Positions 39,999 to 52,809 are shown, counted from the stretch's first letter. The stretch: DNA of 64,000 nt from Meiothermus sp. (GCA_033762915.1 JANRLD010000072.1:1-64000); one strand, 5' to 3'. Notes: generated from the letters alone by a model not told the origin. Made by a program: numbers and translations.

Positions 39999-41102
39999 TC
40001 ACGGCAGGGTTCGAGCAAAAAAGCGCAGCCAGTTCCCGCCCAGCACGGCCTCCTGGTGGCTCTCTGGAGCGAGTCGGGCTAGGTTGGGATAGTCACTGGC
40101 GCGTTGCAAGTCGAGGGGAGTCTCCTCGCCGCCCGCCCCGGCGTCGATGTCGGAGCCGACCCCCACTTTGTCCCAGCCAATGCGGCCGGCCAGATACTCG
40201 GTTTGGGCTCGAGCCTGTTGCCCGAGGTGTACCGACGGGTTGGTGCCGACGGGCTGACCGATGCGCCAGCGTGCGTCAAGGAAGGCGTTGATCAGGTTGA
40301 CCCCGATCACTCCGTTCTCCCGCCCGATGGCGTCGATCATGGCGTCGCTCAGGTGGCGGTTGGGAGGCAGGTTGGGGGAATCATTTTGCGGCGTGGGAAG
40401 CAGACTGCGGGCGTTGGAATGGGTGGCGCACAGCGCGTGGTGGCCGACCTCAAGCCCCTCCCAAAAGGCTTCCTCGGCCAGGTGCGAGACGTCGTGGATG
40501 ATGCCCAGCTCGCGCATGCCCTGCAGCAGTTCGCGGCCTTCGGCGCTCAGACCGCCGGGGCTGCCGGTGCCGCCCGCGTAGCGGCTCTGGCCCCAGGCCA
40601 GCGAGATCATCCGCAGTCCGCGCCGATGCCAGCGCTCGAGGTAATCGGGTTTAACGATGGGGTCGGCGCTTTCCATCAGCACGATCAGCCCCAACTTAAG
40701 GTCGGTCGGCCATAGGCGCAGGTGCTCCTCGAGGGTGGCCCTGTCGGTGATGATGCGGGCGTGGCCGTCGTCGTGCCAGCGCTGGTACAGCTCCAGCTGT
40801 TCCAGGGCCAGTTTTTCGGCCTCCTGTGGGGTACTGTAGACCCTCGATCTGGTTCTGGCGGTCATGTTGTTCATGTAGGCCGCGTTCCACACGGTGGCGG
40901 GCTCGACAAACAGGGTTGCGCAAACCACGGCCACCCCCGCCCGGCTCAGGTCGGGCAAGCTGACCATGCTCTGCTCGCGGGCGCGGAGTTCGGTGGCCCG
41001 GATCTCGTCCACCGTGCGGGTCAGGTCGCGTCCGTTGAGCAGGGCGTTAAAGGCCAGGTCGAGGTGCGCATCCACCACCGGGGGAGGGCTCGAGGTGTCC
41101 AT
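39999..41102 (-). CDS. Membrane dipeptidase (peptidase M19) family protein
   Basis: DAHLD, MESAD, DVSH, THSNAR and GSDID motifs. Confidence 0.9.
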   Translation of the reverse strand: MDTSSPPPVVDAHLDLAFNALLNGRDLTRTVDEIRATELRAREQSMVSLPDLSRAGVAVVCATLFVEPATVWNAAYMNNMTARTRSRVYSTPQEAEKLALEQLELYQRWHDDGHARIITDRATLEEHLRLWPTDLKLGLIVLMESADPIVKPDYLERWHRRGLRMISLAWGQSRYAGGTGSPGGLSAEGRELLQGMRELGIIHDVSHLAEEAFWEGLEVGHHALCATHSNARSLLPTPQNDSPNLPPNRHLSDAMIDAIGRENGVIGVNLINAFLDARWRIGQPVGTNPSVHLGQQARAQTEYLAGRIGWDKVGVGSDIDAGAGGEETPLDLQRASDYPNLARLAPESHQEAVLGGNWLRFFARTLP

Positions 41103-41113
41103 TGGCCCCCACT

Positions 41114-41521
41114 TTACGCAGCCGGCCTCCACCACTGCAACCGCAGGGCGAGGCCGCGCCAAACCAGCAAGAACAGCAGGGTGAAGCCGAGTCCCACCGC
41201 CCAGAAAACGAAAAACCCCACGCTGAAGGGTTGGCCAAGCACTAAAAACCGGAACACCACCCCCACCGACACCGACAGTGCCCAGGTCAGCATCAGGTTA
41301 CGCCAGGATGGTCGGGCGTACGTTCGCAAGAACGGTGCGATCAGAAACCAGGCCAGCAGAATCGGAAAGCCCGTCTCCCAGAACCCCCGCCAAACCGATC
41401 CTAAGCCCGTTAGCGTCCCGTGCAGGGCCTGTCCCACCACCACGAAGGCCAGCAGACAAACCACGTCGCCTCGGGCCAGCGTGCGGCCGGTGTTGGACGA
41501 GCGAGGGACGGGCTCTGTCAT
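41114..41521 (-). CDS. DUF3054-like membrane protein
   Basis: GDV..L.AFV..G...H pattern with four hydrophobic helices and a terminal WR. Confidence 0.75.
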   Translation of the reverse strand: MTEPVPRSSNTGRTLARGDVVCLLAFVVVGQALHGTLTGLGSVWRGFWETGFPILLAWFLIAPFLRTYARPSWRNLMLTWALSVSVGVVFRFLVLGQPFSVGFFVFWAVGLGFTLLFLLVWRGLALRLQWWRPAA

Positions 41522-41580
41522 GGAAAGAACACCTGCGGAGTCATAGACCAAACAAAGGTGAACGCCCTGGGCCGCACGCC

Positions 41581-43523
<1,943 letters not shown>

Positions 43524-43666
43524 TCAGAAGCCATATGTTCCCCACATGACTCAACCTTCGGCCCCCTCTCGGCAGCCAGATGGGGTTGGCCTTATGGCGT
43601 AGAGGCAAAAAGTGCACATGCAACAAGCCAACGACCTCCCTCTGGGTCTTGCGGTAGTCTGTCGGC

Positions 43667-43834
43667 ATGGAGAAGATGAACCTGGGCGGGGCGGTCGCGG
43701 CAGGGGTGATGTTTGGGCTGGCCGGGCTAATCATGTTGGCGCTGGGGAACTGGCTGGCCGGGCTGTTCTTTCTGCTGGCGGCGGCGGGGATGGGGTTTGC
43801 CGTGTGGCGTTTTGGCGGCGGTAAGCGGGGGTAA
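43667..43834 (+). CDS. 55-aa two-helix membrane microprotein (below the ORF-track cutoff)
   Basis: MEKMNLGGAVAAGVMFGLAGLIMLALGNWLAGLFFLLAAAGMGFAVWRFGGGKRG*, with TAGTCT 6 nt before the ATG and GC3-rich codons. Confidence 0.7.
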   Translation: MEKMNLGGAVAAGVMFGLAGLIMLALGNWLAGLFFLLAAAGMGFAVWRFGGGKRG

Positions 43835-43928
43835 ACCGGGTTGGTCGCTTCGGCGCTAGGGAACCTTGGAATCAAGGGAATCTAGAGATTTCGGTGTACA
43901 CTACAGTTATCCGTGCAGGGAGGTACGT

Positions 43929-44486
43929 ATGAACGCAGCGCCGTCCATCACCGACACCCTAAGCAGCATGATCTCTCAGAGCATGCAACTGCTTTCCAAA
44001 CCCAGCGTGCAGACGTTCGAGCAGCTCGAGGACAAGGGGAAGGTGCGTGAAGCCGTGATTTACGTCGCGGCAGGCTCCGTCATCACTGGCTTGCTGGGTC
44101 TGGGGGCGGGTCTGGGGGGTTTCATCGCCGGGATCCTAACCACCATCATCGGCTTTCTGGTTTTCACCTACCTAATCTTCTATATCGGCAAGAGCCAGGG
44201 CGGTACCGGCAGCTTCGACCAGGTGGCCTACAGTTTCTCGCTGTTTTATGTGCCGGTCTCGGTGGTTGCGGCGGTCGGGAGCCTGATCCTGGTTATCACC
44301 GTGATTGGGGTGCTGCTGATTCCCGCGCTGCTCCTTGCCGCTGTTGCGGCCAACGTTTACTTCGCCTACCTGGCGGTGCAGTCGAGCCTTAACCTGACCC
44401 AGAGTGGCCCCATCTGGACTACCTTGATCGTATCGGCCATCGGCAGTTTTATCGCCAATTTTGCCATCGCCAACCTCTTTAGCTGA
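43929..44486 (+). CDS. Yip1-family membrane protein
   Basis: GGAGG RBS; L.KPS..TF start, G.G.F..VAY motif and about five hydrophobic helices. Confidence 0.78.
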   Translation: MNAAPSITDTLSSMISQSMQLLSKPSVQTFEQLEDKGKVREAVIYVAAGSVITGLLGLGAGLGGFIAGILTTIIGFLVFTYLIFYIGKSQGGTGSFDQVAYSFSLFYVPVSVVAAVGSLILVITVIGVLLIPALLLAAVAANVYFAYLAVQSSLNLTQSGPIWTTLIVSAIGSFIANFAIANLFS

Positions 44487-44653
44487 CGCTCTTCAGGACC
44501 AAAGACGACACGCTGAACCCAGGGGAGTTTTGCTATCGGGAGCAAGGCATGCCATCAGTCCTCTAGCCCGTGAAAAGGCGCCTCGGTGCGGCCCAGAACC
44601 CCAGCACCCCTCTTCGTGAAACCGTGTGGCTTGGCCGCGTGTAAACTGAAGGC

Positions 44654-45301
44654 GTGCGCCTTGTCTCGATAAACCTCAGCGGCGCGGCCCGGACGGTAAG
44701 CAACGGTGCCCGCACCACCCACACCGGCATCAACAAGCTCCCAGTGCCCAGCGCCGAGATTCACGCCTTGGGCCTGAACGGGGACCTGGTGTCCGACAAA
44801 AAGAACCACGGCGGGGTGGATCAGGCCGTCTACCTCTACTCGGCTGACGACTACGCCTGGTGGGCAGGAGAGCTGTTCGCCGACCTCGAGCCGGGCACCT
44901 TCGGCGAAAACCTGACCCTCTCGAGCTTCGGCCCCGAGCCCCTCCGCATCGGCGACCGCTTCCAGGTCGGGCCGGTGCTGCTCGAGGTGACCGCCCCCAG
45001 AATTCCCTGCTGGGTGCTGGCCGACCGCATGGGCGACACCGGCTTTGTCAAAAAGTTCCGCGACGGCCAGCGTCCTGGCGCTTATGCGCGGGTGCTCGAG
45101 GGCGGTACGGTTAAGACGGGCGAAAAGGTGGAAAAGATTTCCGCCCCGCCCACCATGCCACCGCTGCTCGAGGTCTTCAACGCCTGGTACGAAAAATCCC
45201 CCGACCCCGCCAAACTCCGCTGGTTCCTGACCGCCCCCCTGGCCGAACGGGCGCGGGCTGCTTTTGCCGACCAACTCGCTGAGGTCGGGGCGGCGCAGTA
45301 G
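44654..45301 (+). CDS. MOSC-domain protein (YiiM-like)
   Basis: TGINK, HGGVDQAVY, FGENLT, PRIPC and GAYARVL motifs. Confidence 0.92.
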   Translation: MRLVSINLSGAARTVSNGARTTHTGINKLPVPSAEIHALGLNGDLVSDKKNHGGVDQAVYLYSADDYAWWAGELFADLEPGTFGENLTLSSFGPEPLRIGDRFQVGPVLLEVTAPRIPCWVLADRMGDTGFVKKFRDGQRPGAYARVLEGGTVKTGEKVEKISAPPTMPPLLEVFNAWYEKSPDPAKLRWFLTAPLAERARAAFADQLAEVGAAQ

Positions 45302-45451
45302 GGTTTGCTTTAGCGGAGTCTCGAGCCCTCACAAGAGGGCCGGTCGATGCTTAAGCCGGCAATACAAGAAGTGTTCGCCGTGATTCAACTCTAGCCCATG
45401 GCGCATCTGTTAGTGACCGGGAGCAAAAAAGTCTGTCGCAAGACAAAAATT

Positions 45452-45493
45452 GAAGGTCGAAGGTCGGAGCGTGAGCCCAGACCTTCGACCTTC
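45452..45493. terminator. Hairpin built from tandem GAAGGTC heptamers, between convergent genes
   Basis: GAAGGTCGAAGGTC ... GACCTTCGACCTTC forms a perfect 14-bp stem. Confidence 0.6.
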
Positions 45494-45527
45494 GCCTTGG
45501 TTCAACCGTCAACCATGAACGGTCAGA

Positions 45528-47114
45528 CTACTTGCTGATCCCCTCGAACGACTCGCTGCCCAGGGGGCTGGGGGTCCAGCCCGTAACGCCCTTGCGCTGG
45601 GCGATGAGGGGTTGACTGTGGACGATGGGGATGCGCAGGGCCAGATTAAAGGTCAGCTCGTCGGCCTGCTGGTACAGTCGCACGCGGGTCTGGGGATTGG
45701 TGGCAGTCGCGGCGTCGGACAGCACTTTGTTGAGGTTGGTCAGGTCGAGGGGCTTGCCCGCGCTGTCGAAGAGGTCGGTGATGGGCGAGGCGAAGTGGGG
45801 GTCGAAGAAGTTCTGGGGGTCGCCGTAGTCGCCGGTCCAGCCGAGCATGTAGGCCTGGAAGCCCGGGGGGGTCTTACGGTCGTTGAGGTAGGTGGCCCAG
45901 TCCTTGGTCTGGAACTTGATCTTGATCCCAATGGCGGAGAGGTCGGCCCCCATGGCCTCGGCAATCTCTTTGGGGGTGGGGAAGTAGGGCCGGCTTACGG
46001 GCATATACCAGAACTCGAGGTCGAATCCGTTGGGGTATCCGGCCTCGGCCAGCATGGCCTTGGCTTTGGCGGGGTTGAACTCGTAGTCGGTCACCTTGGG
46101 CGAGAAGAAGGTGCGGAAAGAGAGCGGCAGGAAGTGTCCGTTGGTGGTGCCCAGGTCGCCCCAGAAGGCCGATACGATGGCCTTCTTGTTGATCGCCATG
46201 GCGATGGCCTGGCGAACCTTCACGTCGGAGAGCGGCTTGTAACCGGGGTTGAGGGCCAGGTATCCCACGTTGAACGACGGGCGGAAGACGGCCTGGAGGT
46301 TGGCATCGCCCTGAAGGTCCTTGAGGTTGGCGGGGGGAATGTCGGTGGTAAAGTCAATCGAGCCGGCCTTAAGCTCGGTCAACCGGGCCGCGGGGTCCTT
46401 GATGAAACGGAACACCACCCCGTCGGACTTGGGGAAGCCCGTGCGCCAGAAGGTGGGGTTTTTCTCAAGGATCAAGCGGTCGCCAGTGCGCCACTCTTTG
46501 AAGCGGAAGGGGCCAGTACCCACCGCCGCAACGCCCGGGGTGCCGTACTTACCGCCTGCGGCGCGAATGGCCGCCGGGCTGGCGATGCCAAAGTAGCCCG
46601 AACCAATGGCCGAGGCGAAGGCGGGGAACGAGTCCTTCAAGTCGAAACGGATGGTCTGCGAGTTAACCACAGTGATGCTCTGGAGAATCGAGCCAGCCTC
46701 GCCCTTGTAGCCGCCGAACAGCTCACCCCAGATCTCGTAGTTCGCTCCGCCCTGAATGCGCGTGGCATCCGACTTGTCCCACCACCGGTTGACGTTGAAC
46801 CGGACCGCCTCGGCATTGAAGGGCGTGCCGTCGTGGAAGCGAACTCCGGGGCGCAGCCGGAAGGTCCAGGTTTTGCCCTGGTTGCTGGCCTGCCAGCTCA
46901 GTGCCAGGGCAGGCTGGGTGTCTGTAGAGCCGGCTTTGAAGTCTACCAGAGTGTCGTAGATCTGGCGCTGGGCGTAGATCGAGATGCCGTCGGTGACGTT
47001 GCCCGACTCCAGGTTAACGGGCTCCCCGTTGGAGCCAAACACCAGGGTCTTCTGCGCGAGGCCCAGGCCGCTCAATAAGCCCAGCGCCACGATTCCCAAC
47101 AACTTTGCTTTCAT
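45528..47114 (-). CDS. ABC transporter substrate-binding protein, DppA-like (orphan)
   Basis: Signal peptide, WTFRLRPGVRFHDG, GTGPF, YMPVSRPY and LGWTGD motifs. AGGAGG RBS. Confidence 0.93.
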   Translation of the reverse strand: MKAKLLGIVALGLLSGLGLAQKTLVFGSNGEPVNLESGNVTDGISIYAQRQIYDTLVDFKAGSTDTQPALALSWQASNQGKTWTFRLRPGVRFHDGTPFNAEAVRFNVNRWWDKSDATRIQGGANYEIWGELFGGYKGEAGSILQSITVVNSQTIRFDLKDSFPAFASAIGSGYFGIASPAAIRAAGGKYGTPGVAAVGTGPFRFKEWRTGDRLILEKNPTFWRTGFPKSDGVVFRFIKDPAARLTELKAGSIDFTTDIPPANLKDLQGDANLQAVFRPSFNVGYLALNPGYKPLSDVKVRQAIAMAINKKAIVSAFWGDLGTTNGHFLPLSFRTFFSPKVTDYEFNPAKAKAMLAEAGYPNGFDLEFWYMPVSRPYFPTPKEIAEAMGADLSAIGIKIKFQTKDWATYLNDRKTPPGFQAYMLGWTGDYGDPQNFFDPHFASPITDLFDSAGKPLDLTNLNKVLSDAATATNPQTRVRLYQQADELTFNLALRIPIVHSQPLIAQRKGVTGWTPSPLGSESFEGISK

Positions 47115-47356
47115 AACGTCCTCCTATAACTTCCCGATAAGGGATGTGCGCGAGCAAACCATATCCGAGGCTGATGCTCAGCCTTGGCACAGAAAACCTT
47201 TGCTCGGTAGCATAGACTACAGTCCAGAGTATACACAGCCGCCCAAAAAGTTTGAACTCATGAATGTGGTGAGCTTTTTGCTAACATTGAGGGTACACCC
47301 ATCGGTTATCGGGTGGAACCCGCTGGTCCTTTTTGCCCTTCTGAGGCGGAGGAACC

Positions 47357-47746
47357 GTGAGCAACGAGATACAAAAAGTGGAAGTGGCCGAACTAAAAGA
47401 AGAGCGTTACAGCGATTCGGAATTCTGGAAGAAGATAAGACGGTTTGCCCGCCGGGCCGGCCTCGAGGTAGTGGAGAAGGCCCTCTGGCTTTACTACGCT
47501 CTGCAGCATCCCCAAACGCCCGTCTGGGCCAAACGCACCATCATTGGGGCACTGGCTTACTTCATTTTGCCCATTGACATCATCCCCGACCTGGCCCCTG
47601 TTTTGGGCTTCACCGACGACCTTAGCATGTTGCTGGTCGCCATCGGAACGGTGAGCGCCTACATCACGCCAGCGGTTAAGGAACAGGCCCGGCAGCAGGC
47701 TGGGCGATGGTTTGGCGAGCACTCGAGCCCCCAAAGCACAATCTAA
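47357..47746 (+). CDS. DUF1232/YkvA-family protein
   Basis: TPVWAK..IIGALAYFILPIDIIPD..PVLGFTDD motif. Confidence 0.9.
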   Translation: MSNEIQKVEVAELKEERYSDSEFWKKIRRFARRAGLEVVEKALWLYYALQHPQTPVWAKRTIIGALAYFILPIDIIPDLAPVLGFTDDLSMLLVAIGTVSAYITPAVKEQARQQAGRWFGEHSSPQSTI

Positions 47747-47876
47747 AACCCGTGCCGCGTAAGTGAATGGTTTTCGGTTGATCCCCGTCCTAGGGGAGAT
47801 CCATCGCTGCGTAGAAAGCAGTTTTGGCGGAACAATCCTTCCAGGGCCAGCAGACCTCGAGTGTCCCCCACCCGGA

Positions 47877-48676
47877 TTAGCCCAGCGATACGTCCAGCAC
47901 CATCATCACCACAAAACCCAGCATCAGGGCCAGGGTGGCCAAGTCAGCGTTACCGTTGTGCAGCATCTCGGGGATCACCTCCTCAATCACGACGAACACC
48001 ATGGCGCCGGCGGCGAAACTCAGCGCATAGGGCAGCACGGGCTGGGCGACCATCACAAACGCGGCCCCAAGGGCACCTGCCGGTATCTCCACGATGGCCG
48101 AAAGCTGCCCCCACCAAAAGCTTCGCAGGGGCGGGATGCCCTCTCGCCTCAACGGCATCGCCACCGCCAAACCCTCGGGAAAGTTTTGCAGTCCAATCCC
48201 GATGGCCAGCGCCAGGGCCCCGCCCAGGCTGGCCTCGGCAAGCCCAACCCCACGGCCCCAAAAGCAACCCCAACCGCCAGCCCCTCGGGTATGTTGTGTA
48301 GGGTGATGGCCAGAACCAACAGCACGCTGCGGTTCCAAGAAGTCTTGAGGCCTTCGGCGCTCTCGAGGGGCTGTTTCAAGTGGAGGTGGGGTAGAATCTT
48401 GTCGGCGCTCCACACAAAGGCCCCGCCGAACAAAAAGCCGATCACCGCAGGAACCCAATCGTCGTGCGTCATCTCGAGGGCCGGGGCCAGCAGCGACCAG
48501 TAACTGGCTGCCAGCATCACCCCGCCGGCGAAACCCAGCAGGGTGTCCAGCAGGCGTGGGCCTACCCCCCGGGTCAGAAACACTGTTGCGGCTCCCAGCG
48601 CAGTGATGCTCCAGGTAAATCCGGTGGCGACCAAGGCCTGCTGAACTGGGGATAGGGTCTGTAGCCAGGTCAGCAT
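47877..48676 (-). pseudogene. ZIP-family (ZupT/GufA) metal transporter with a 1-nt frameshift near 48237
   Basis: The N half ([14 protein letters not shown]) is in ORF 48149..48676. The C half ([20 protein letters not shown]) is in a different frame, 47877..48458. Confidence 0.85.
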
Positions 48677-48688
48677 GGGGTCACCACC

Positions 48689-49774
48689 CTAGCGTCGTGG
48701 CCCCAGCAGATACACCGCACCCCAGGGCCGGTAGCGGCTGGTCAGCGTGTCGCTGCGCACCACTCCGTTGTTCAGGCGCACGGTGCGGTATACCCGTACC
48801 ACTGCGCCCTCAGCCGCGAAGTCAATCTGACGGCGGTATCCCCTGGGCAGGCTGGGGTCGTAGGTGTAGCGGGTGGGCAGCGGCGGTTTGCGGTCGGAAA
48901 CATACGGCCCGCTCCAGGTTACGGTGCGGTCCTTACGCCCGAAGAACCGAAAAATGAGCTCGTACCCATCGATTGAGGTCTGGATCAGAATCGGTCCGGG
49001 GGTGTCGTTTTTGAAGCGTAAATCTTTGGGGGGTGCGGTGGTGGCGTCGAGGCCGGTGGGCCTGTAGTAACCGACCTGATAACTGTGGGGGTAGCGCTCA
49101 ACCAAGGGCAAACCGCTGAAGTAGGCCGCCCTGAAGACGGTGGTGCAGACCTGGCAGACCCCGCCCCCCACGTCCCAGACGGTACGGCTGCCGCGAATCA
49201 CCCAGGCCTTCTGGTACCCTGCCGCCGCCGTCACCGGACCCAGCGTTCGGTTGAAGGAGAACACCGACCCGGCCGGAATGCGCACCCCCTCAAACCTCGA
49301 GGAGGCCAGACGGATGTTGTGAACTCGGGTCGGCAGAGAGCCCCTAAAGTTGGTGCGCCCTTCCCCAATCAACTCGAGGATGCCCTGTTGGTATAGTTCA
49401 ACCACGCCTTGCTTGGGGGCCTGAGACAGCACCGGAAGCACAAACTCGCGTCTTCCCGCCTTTTGGGCCTCGTTGTAGGCCGTGCGTGCGCGTGCGCGGT
49501 CAAAGCTGTATCCGGTCTTTTCCACCGCAATCCAGCCTTTGTCCTGCCGGAACACGAACCGGGCCGGTCGCGGCATGCGGCTTAGCCCTTGAAGCAGCCG
49601 CTCGAGATCGGCCTCGCTGCCGACAGGATGGCGTTGTGCCCCGACGTACTCGACCACCTTGCCGCCCTCGAGTACATTCTCCCGAACCACCAAGATGGCA
49701 ACCAGCTCGGACGAAGGCGCCGCAAGGGCCCAAGAGTACATCAGCAAAGCAGGCAGGATAAATCGGCTGTTCAT
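48689..49774 (-). CDS. VanW-family secreted protein
   Basis: RVHNI, FSFN.TLG, VGGGVCQV.TT.FRAA, GLDAT and DLRFKNDT motifs. Confidence 0.9.
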   Translation of the reverse strand: MNSRFILPALLMYSWALAAPSSELVAILVVRENVLEGGKVVEYVGAQRHPVGSEADLERLLQGLSRMPRPARFVFRQDKGWIAVEKTGYSFDRARARTAYNEAQKAGRREFVLPVLSQAPKQGVVELYQQGILELIGEGRTNFRGSLPTRVHNIRLASSRFEGVRIPAGSVFSFNRTLGPVTAAAGYQKAWVIRGSRTVWDVGGGVCQVCTTVFRAAYFSGLPLVERYPHSYQVGYYRPTGLDATTAPPKDLRFKNDTPGPILIQTSIDGYELIFRFFGRKDRTVTWSGPYVSDRKPPLPTRYTYDPSLPRGYRRQIDFAAEGAVVRVYRTVRLNNGVVRSDTLTSRYRPWGAVYLLGPRR

Positions 49775-49872
49775 GGCTCCGCACCTCATCCAAGAGTTGT
49801 TCCAGCCTCGCCGTCGGTATCTTGATCGCACACCCAATCTGAGCCTGCAGGATTACCATGGCGTTACCACTC

Positions 49873-52437
49873 CTAAGGCCTAGCCTCCGAAACCCGGTGA
49901 TGGCGCCTGAAAATCACAGATTTGGTGATCTCGGAGACCAGGGCATAGGCTCCGGTGATGCCAACCAGGGTCAAGAGCGTGGTCGGGGGAAGCGGGACGA
50001 ATCCCAGCAAGGCGGCAAAGGGCCAATAGGGAAGCGACAGCGCCAGCAGGCTCACCGCCAGACTCGTCACCCACAGCGCGGTACTGGGCCGAGATCGGTA
50101 AAACGGCCTGCGGGTACGCACGATCAGAATCACCACCAACTCCGTCAACAGCGACTCCACAAACCAGCCTGTGCGGAAGTACTCGGGGCCAGCCCGAAAC
50201 ACCCACAGCAACAGCCCGAAGGTCAGGAAGTCGAAGGCCGAACTGACCAGCCCGAATCCCAGCATGAAGTTGCGGATCAGACGCAGGTCCCAGCGCTGCG
50301 GGCGCTCCACCCATTCGCGATCCACACTGTCGGAGGCAATGGTCATAGCTGGGAAGTCGGAGAGGAAATTGTTGAGCAGGATTTGTTTGGCCAGAAGCGG
50401 GAGGAAGGGCAGGCCCAGCGAAGCCACCGCCATGCTGAGCATGTTGCCGAAGTTGGCGCTGGTTGTGATGAAGATGTACTTCAGGGTGTTGGCGAAGGTC
50501 TTCCGGCCTTCCTCGATGCCCTCCTTGAGCACCTCGAGGTCGTGCTCGAGCAGCACCAGGTCGGCGGCCTCCTTGGCCACGTCGACGGCCTGATCCACCG
50601 AGATGCCCACGTCGGCGGCGTGTAGCGCGGGCGCGTCGTTGATCCCGTCGCCCAGATACCCCACGCCAAAGCCCATCTTTTGCAGGGCCAGGATGATCCG
50701 CTCTTTCTGGTTGGGGTCTACTTCTACAAACAGGCTGGTGTGCTGAGACTGATGCCACAACGCTTCGTCCGAGAGGGCGTTGAGTTCGGCCCCGCTGAGG
50801 ACTTTGTCGGCCTCCAGGCCGACCTGCCGGGCGAGGTGCTGGGTGACTGTGCGGTTGTCACCGGTGATGATCTTGAGCTGTACCCCCAGCTGCTTTAGCC
50901 CGGCGATGGTGTTCTGGATGCCCGCCTTGGGCCGGTCGGAGAATTGTAGAAAGCCCAGGAAGCACAGGTTTTGCTCGAGGGTGGCCTCGTCGCCGGACAG
51001 GACGCGCGAGGCGACTCCCAGGACGCGAAAGCCCTGTCGGCTCCACTCTTGGAACTGCGCCTGTAAATCCTCAAGCCTGCCGGCTTCGAGCGGGAGGTTT
51101 TCGCCGCCAATCTGCACCCTTCCGCACACCTCTAGCACCTTCTCAAAGGCCCCCTTGGTGATCAAGACGCGCTGTTGCTGAGGGTCCTCGACCACGATGC
51201 TCAGGCGTTTGCGTTCGAAATCGTAGGGAACCTCGCCCAGCTTGGTAAACCCCGCCGGTCTGAACCCCCTGCGCTCGCCCTCGCGCACCAAAGTCTCGTC
51301 GAGTGTGTTGCCCAAGCCGGTCTGGAAGGTCGCGTTGAGGTAGGCATAGTGCAGTACCTGGTCGGACGGCTGCCCTGCGGCGTCTAGGGCGGACTCGAGG
51401 GACACCACCCCTTCGGTGAGGGTCCCGGTCTTATCGGTGCAGAGGATTTGCATGCTGCCAAAGTCTTCGATGGCCGAGAGCCGCCGAACAATCACCCCAT
51501 GGGCGGCCATGTGCTGTGCGCCCTGCGAGAGGTTCAGGCTGACGATGGCAGGGAGCAACTCTGGCGCGATGCCGACCGCCAGCGCTATGGCGAACAACAG
51601 TGACTCTATCGGTGCTCTTTGCGCCAGCAGGTTGGCGCTGAGCACGACCACCACCAGCACAAAAATGATCTGGGTCAGCAGGTAGCCGAAACGGTTAAGG
51701 CCTTGCTCGAACTCGGTCTCGGGGGGCCGCAGGCTGAGACGGCGGGCGATCTGTCCATACGCGGTCTGAGTGCCAGTGTTCACCACCAACATTCGGGCGG
51801 TACCGCTTCGAACCGAGGTGCCCATGAAAAGGCAGTTGGTTAGCTCGGGTAGGCCCGCTTGGGCCGGGACTATGCCTGGCACTTTTTCGACGGGAAAGCT
51901 CTCACCGCTCAGCACCGCCTGATTGACAAAGCAATCGGTGGCCTCGATCAGCAGGCCATCGGTAGGGATCAGACTGCCTGCCGAGAGCAGTACCACATCA
52001 CCCGGCACCACCGCCTCGGCAGCGATGGCCTGCGCCACCCCATCGCGCAGCACCGTGGCCTTAAGGCTCACTCGAGCCAGCAGCCGCTGTATTGCGCTGT
52101 TGGCCCGGTACTCCTGCCGAAAACTCAGCAATGCACTCCCGGCGACGATGCTCAGCACGATCGCGGCATCTACCCACTCCAGTGCGATGGCCGAGACCAC
52201 CGCTGCGAAAATGAGAATCCACAGCATTGGACTCCGGAACTGATTCAGCAACAAGCGCAACGGCGTGAAGCGTGACGGGGGCTTGAGCCGGTTGGGGCCG
52301 TGGGCTCGCAGGCGTTTAGCGGCCTCGCCGCTGCTCAGCCCTCGAGTTGATGCGCCAAGTGCGTAGAGAACCTCATCACTGGAGTGGCTCCAGTAGGTCT
52401 CGAGCGTAGTGGTGGCGCTTTGACTTTCGAGGGTCAT
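49873..52437 (-). CDS. mgtA: Mg2+-translocating P-type ATPase (P3B)
   Basis: SGES, PELLP, CTDKTGTLT, KGA, TGD, GDGINDAP, SANFGN and FRTGWFVES motifs. Confidence 0.88.
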   Translation of the reverse strand: MTLESQSATTTLETYWSHSSDEVLYALGASTRGLSSGEAAKRLRAHGPNRLKPPSRFTPLRLLLNQFRSPMLWILIFAAVVSAIALEWVDAAIVLSIVAGSALLSFRQEYRANSAIQRLLARVSLKATVLRDGVAQAIAAEAVVPGDVVLLSAGSLIPTDGLLIEATDCFVNQAVLSGESFPVEKVPGIVPAQAGLPELTNCLFMGTSVRSGTARMLVVNTGTQTAYGQIARRLSLRPPETEFEQGLNRFGYLLTQIIFVLVVVVLSANLLAQRAPIESLLFAIALAVGIAPELLPAIVSLNLSQGAQHMAAHGVIVRRLSAIEDFGSMQILCTDKTGTLTEGVVSLESALDAAGQPSDQVLHYAYLNATFQTGLGNTLDETLVREGERRGFRPAGFTKLGEVPYDFERKRLSIVVEDPQQQRVLITKGAFEKVLEVCGRVQIGGENLPLEAGRLEDLQAQFQEWSRQGFRVLGVASRVLSGDEATLEQNLCFLGFLQFSDRPKAGIQNTIAGLKQLGVQLKIITGDNRTVTQHLARQVGLEADKVLSGAELNALSDEALWHQSQHTSLFVEVDPNQKERIILALQKMGFGVGYLGDGINDAPALHAADVGISVDQAVDVAKEAADLVLLEHDLEVLKEGIEEGRKTFANTLKYIFITTSANFGNMLSMAVASLGLPFLPLLAKQILLNNFLSDFPAMTIASDSVDREWVERPQRWDLRLIRNFMLGFGLVSSAFDFLTFGLLLWVFRAGPEYFRTGWFVESLLTELVVILIVRTRRPFYRSRPSTALWVTSLAVSLLALSLPYWPFAALLGFVPLPPTTLLTLVGITGAYALVSEITKSVIFRRHHRVSEARP

Positions 52438-52595
52438 GCCCGCCTCCGGGAGGCTCCTAGCCAGCGCGTTCAGGCCTCAGCATTGCTACAGCCCGGGGTC
52501 ACACTACGGGATAGCAGTTACCAGCGCGTTACTGCAAAGTGTTGGAGGTGGTGGGCGAGTCCATCCACGGGCGAGAAGCCCTCGAGGCAGTCGCC

Positions 52596-52809
52596 CGGCT
52601 GGCCCCTCGAGCTCGAGGCGGGCTGCATTTACCAGTTTCGTTACTGGGTCGATGACGCCCACTGGCACAACGACGAAACCTTTCCGCTGGTAGCCAACGT
52701 GTTCGGTGAACACAACAGCCTACTTTGCCTGCCGAAGGCCGAGCTTCCCTATGTAAGCACCGTCACCGAGCCCACTCAACTTCAGGGACTGGTAGAAGCT
52801 TCTGTTTAA
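52596..52809 (+). pseudogene. C-terminal remnant of an isoamylase early-set (CBM48-like) domain protein
   Basis: LELEAG..YQFRYWVD...WHND......NVFGEHNS matches the second half of this domain. No N-terminal VAGxFNxW half or credible start is present. Confidence 0.6.

Noticed and set aside
45612..47078. Long antisense ORFs (also 6448..7686, 17103..18608, 60021..61388)
   Set aside because: These are shadow frames of well-supported genes, expected in high-GC DNA.
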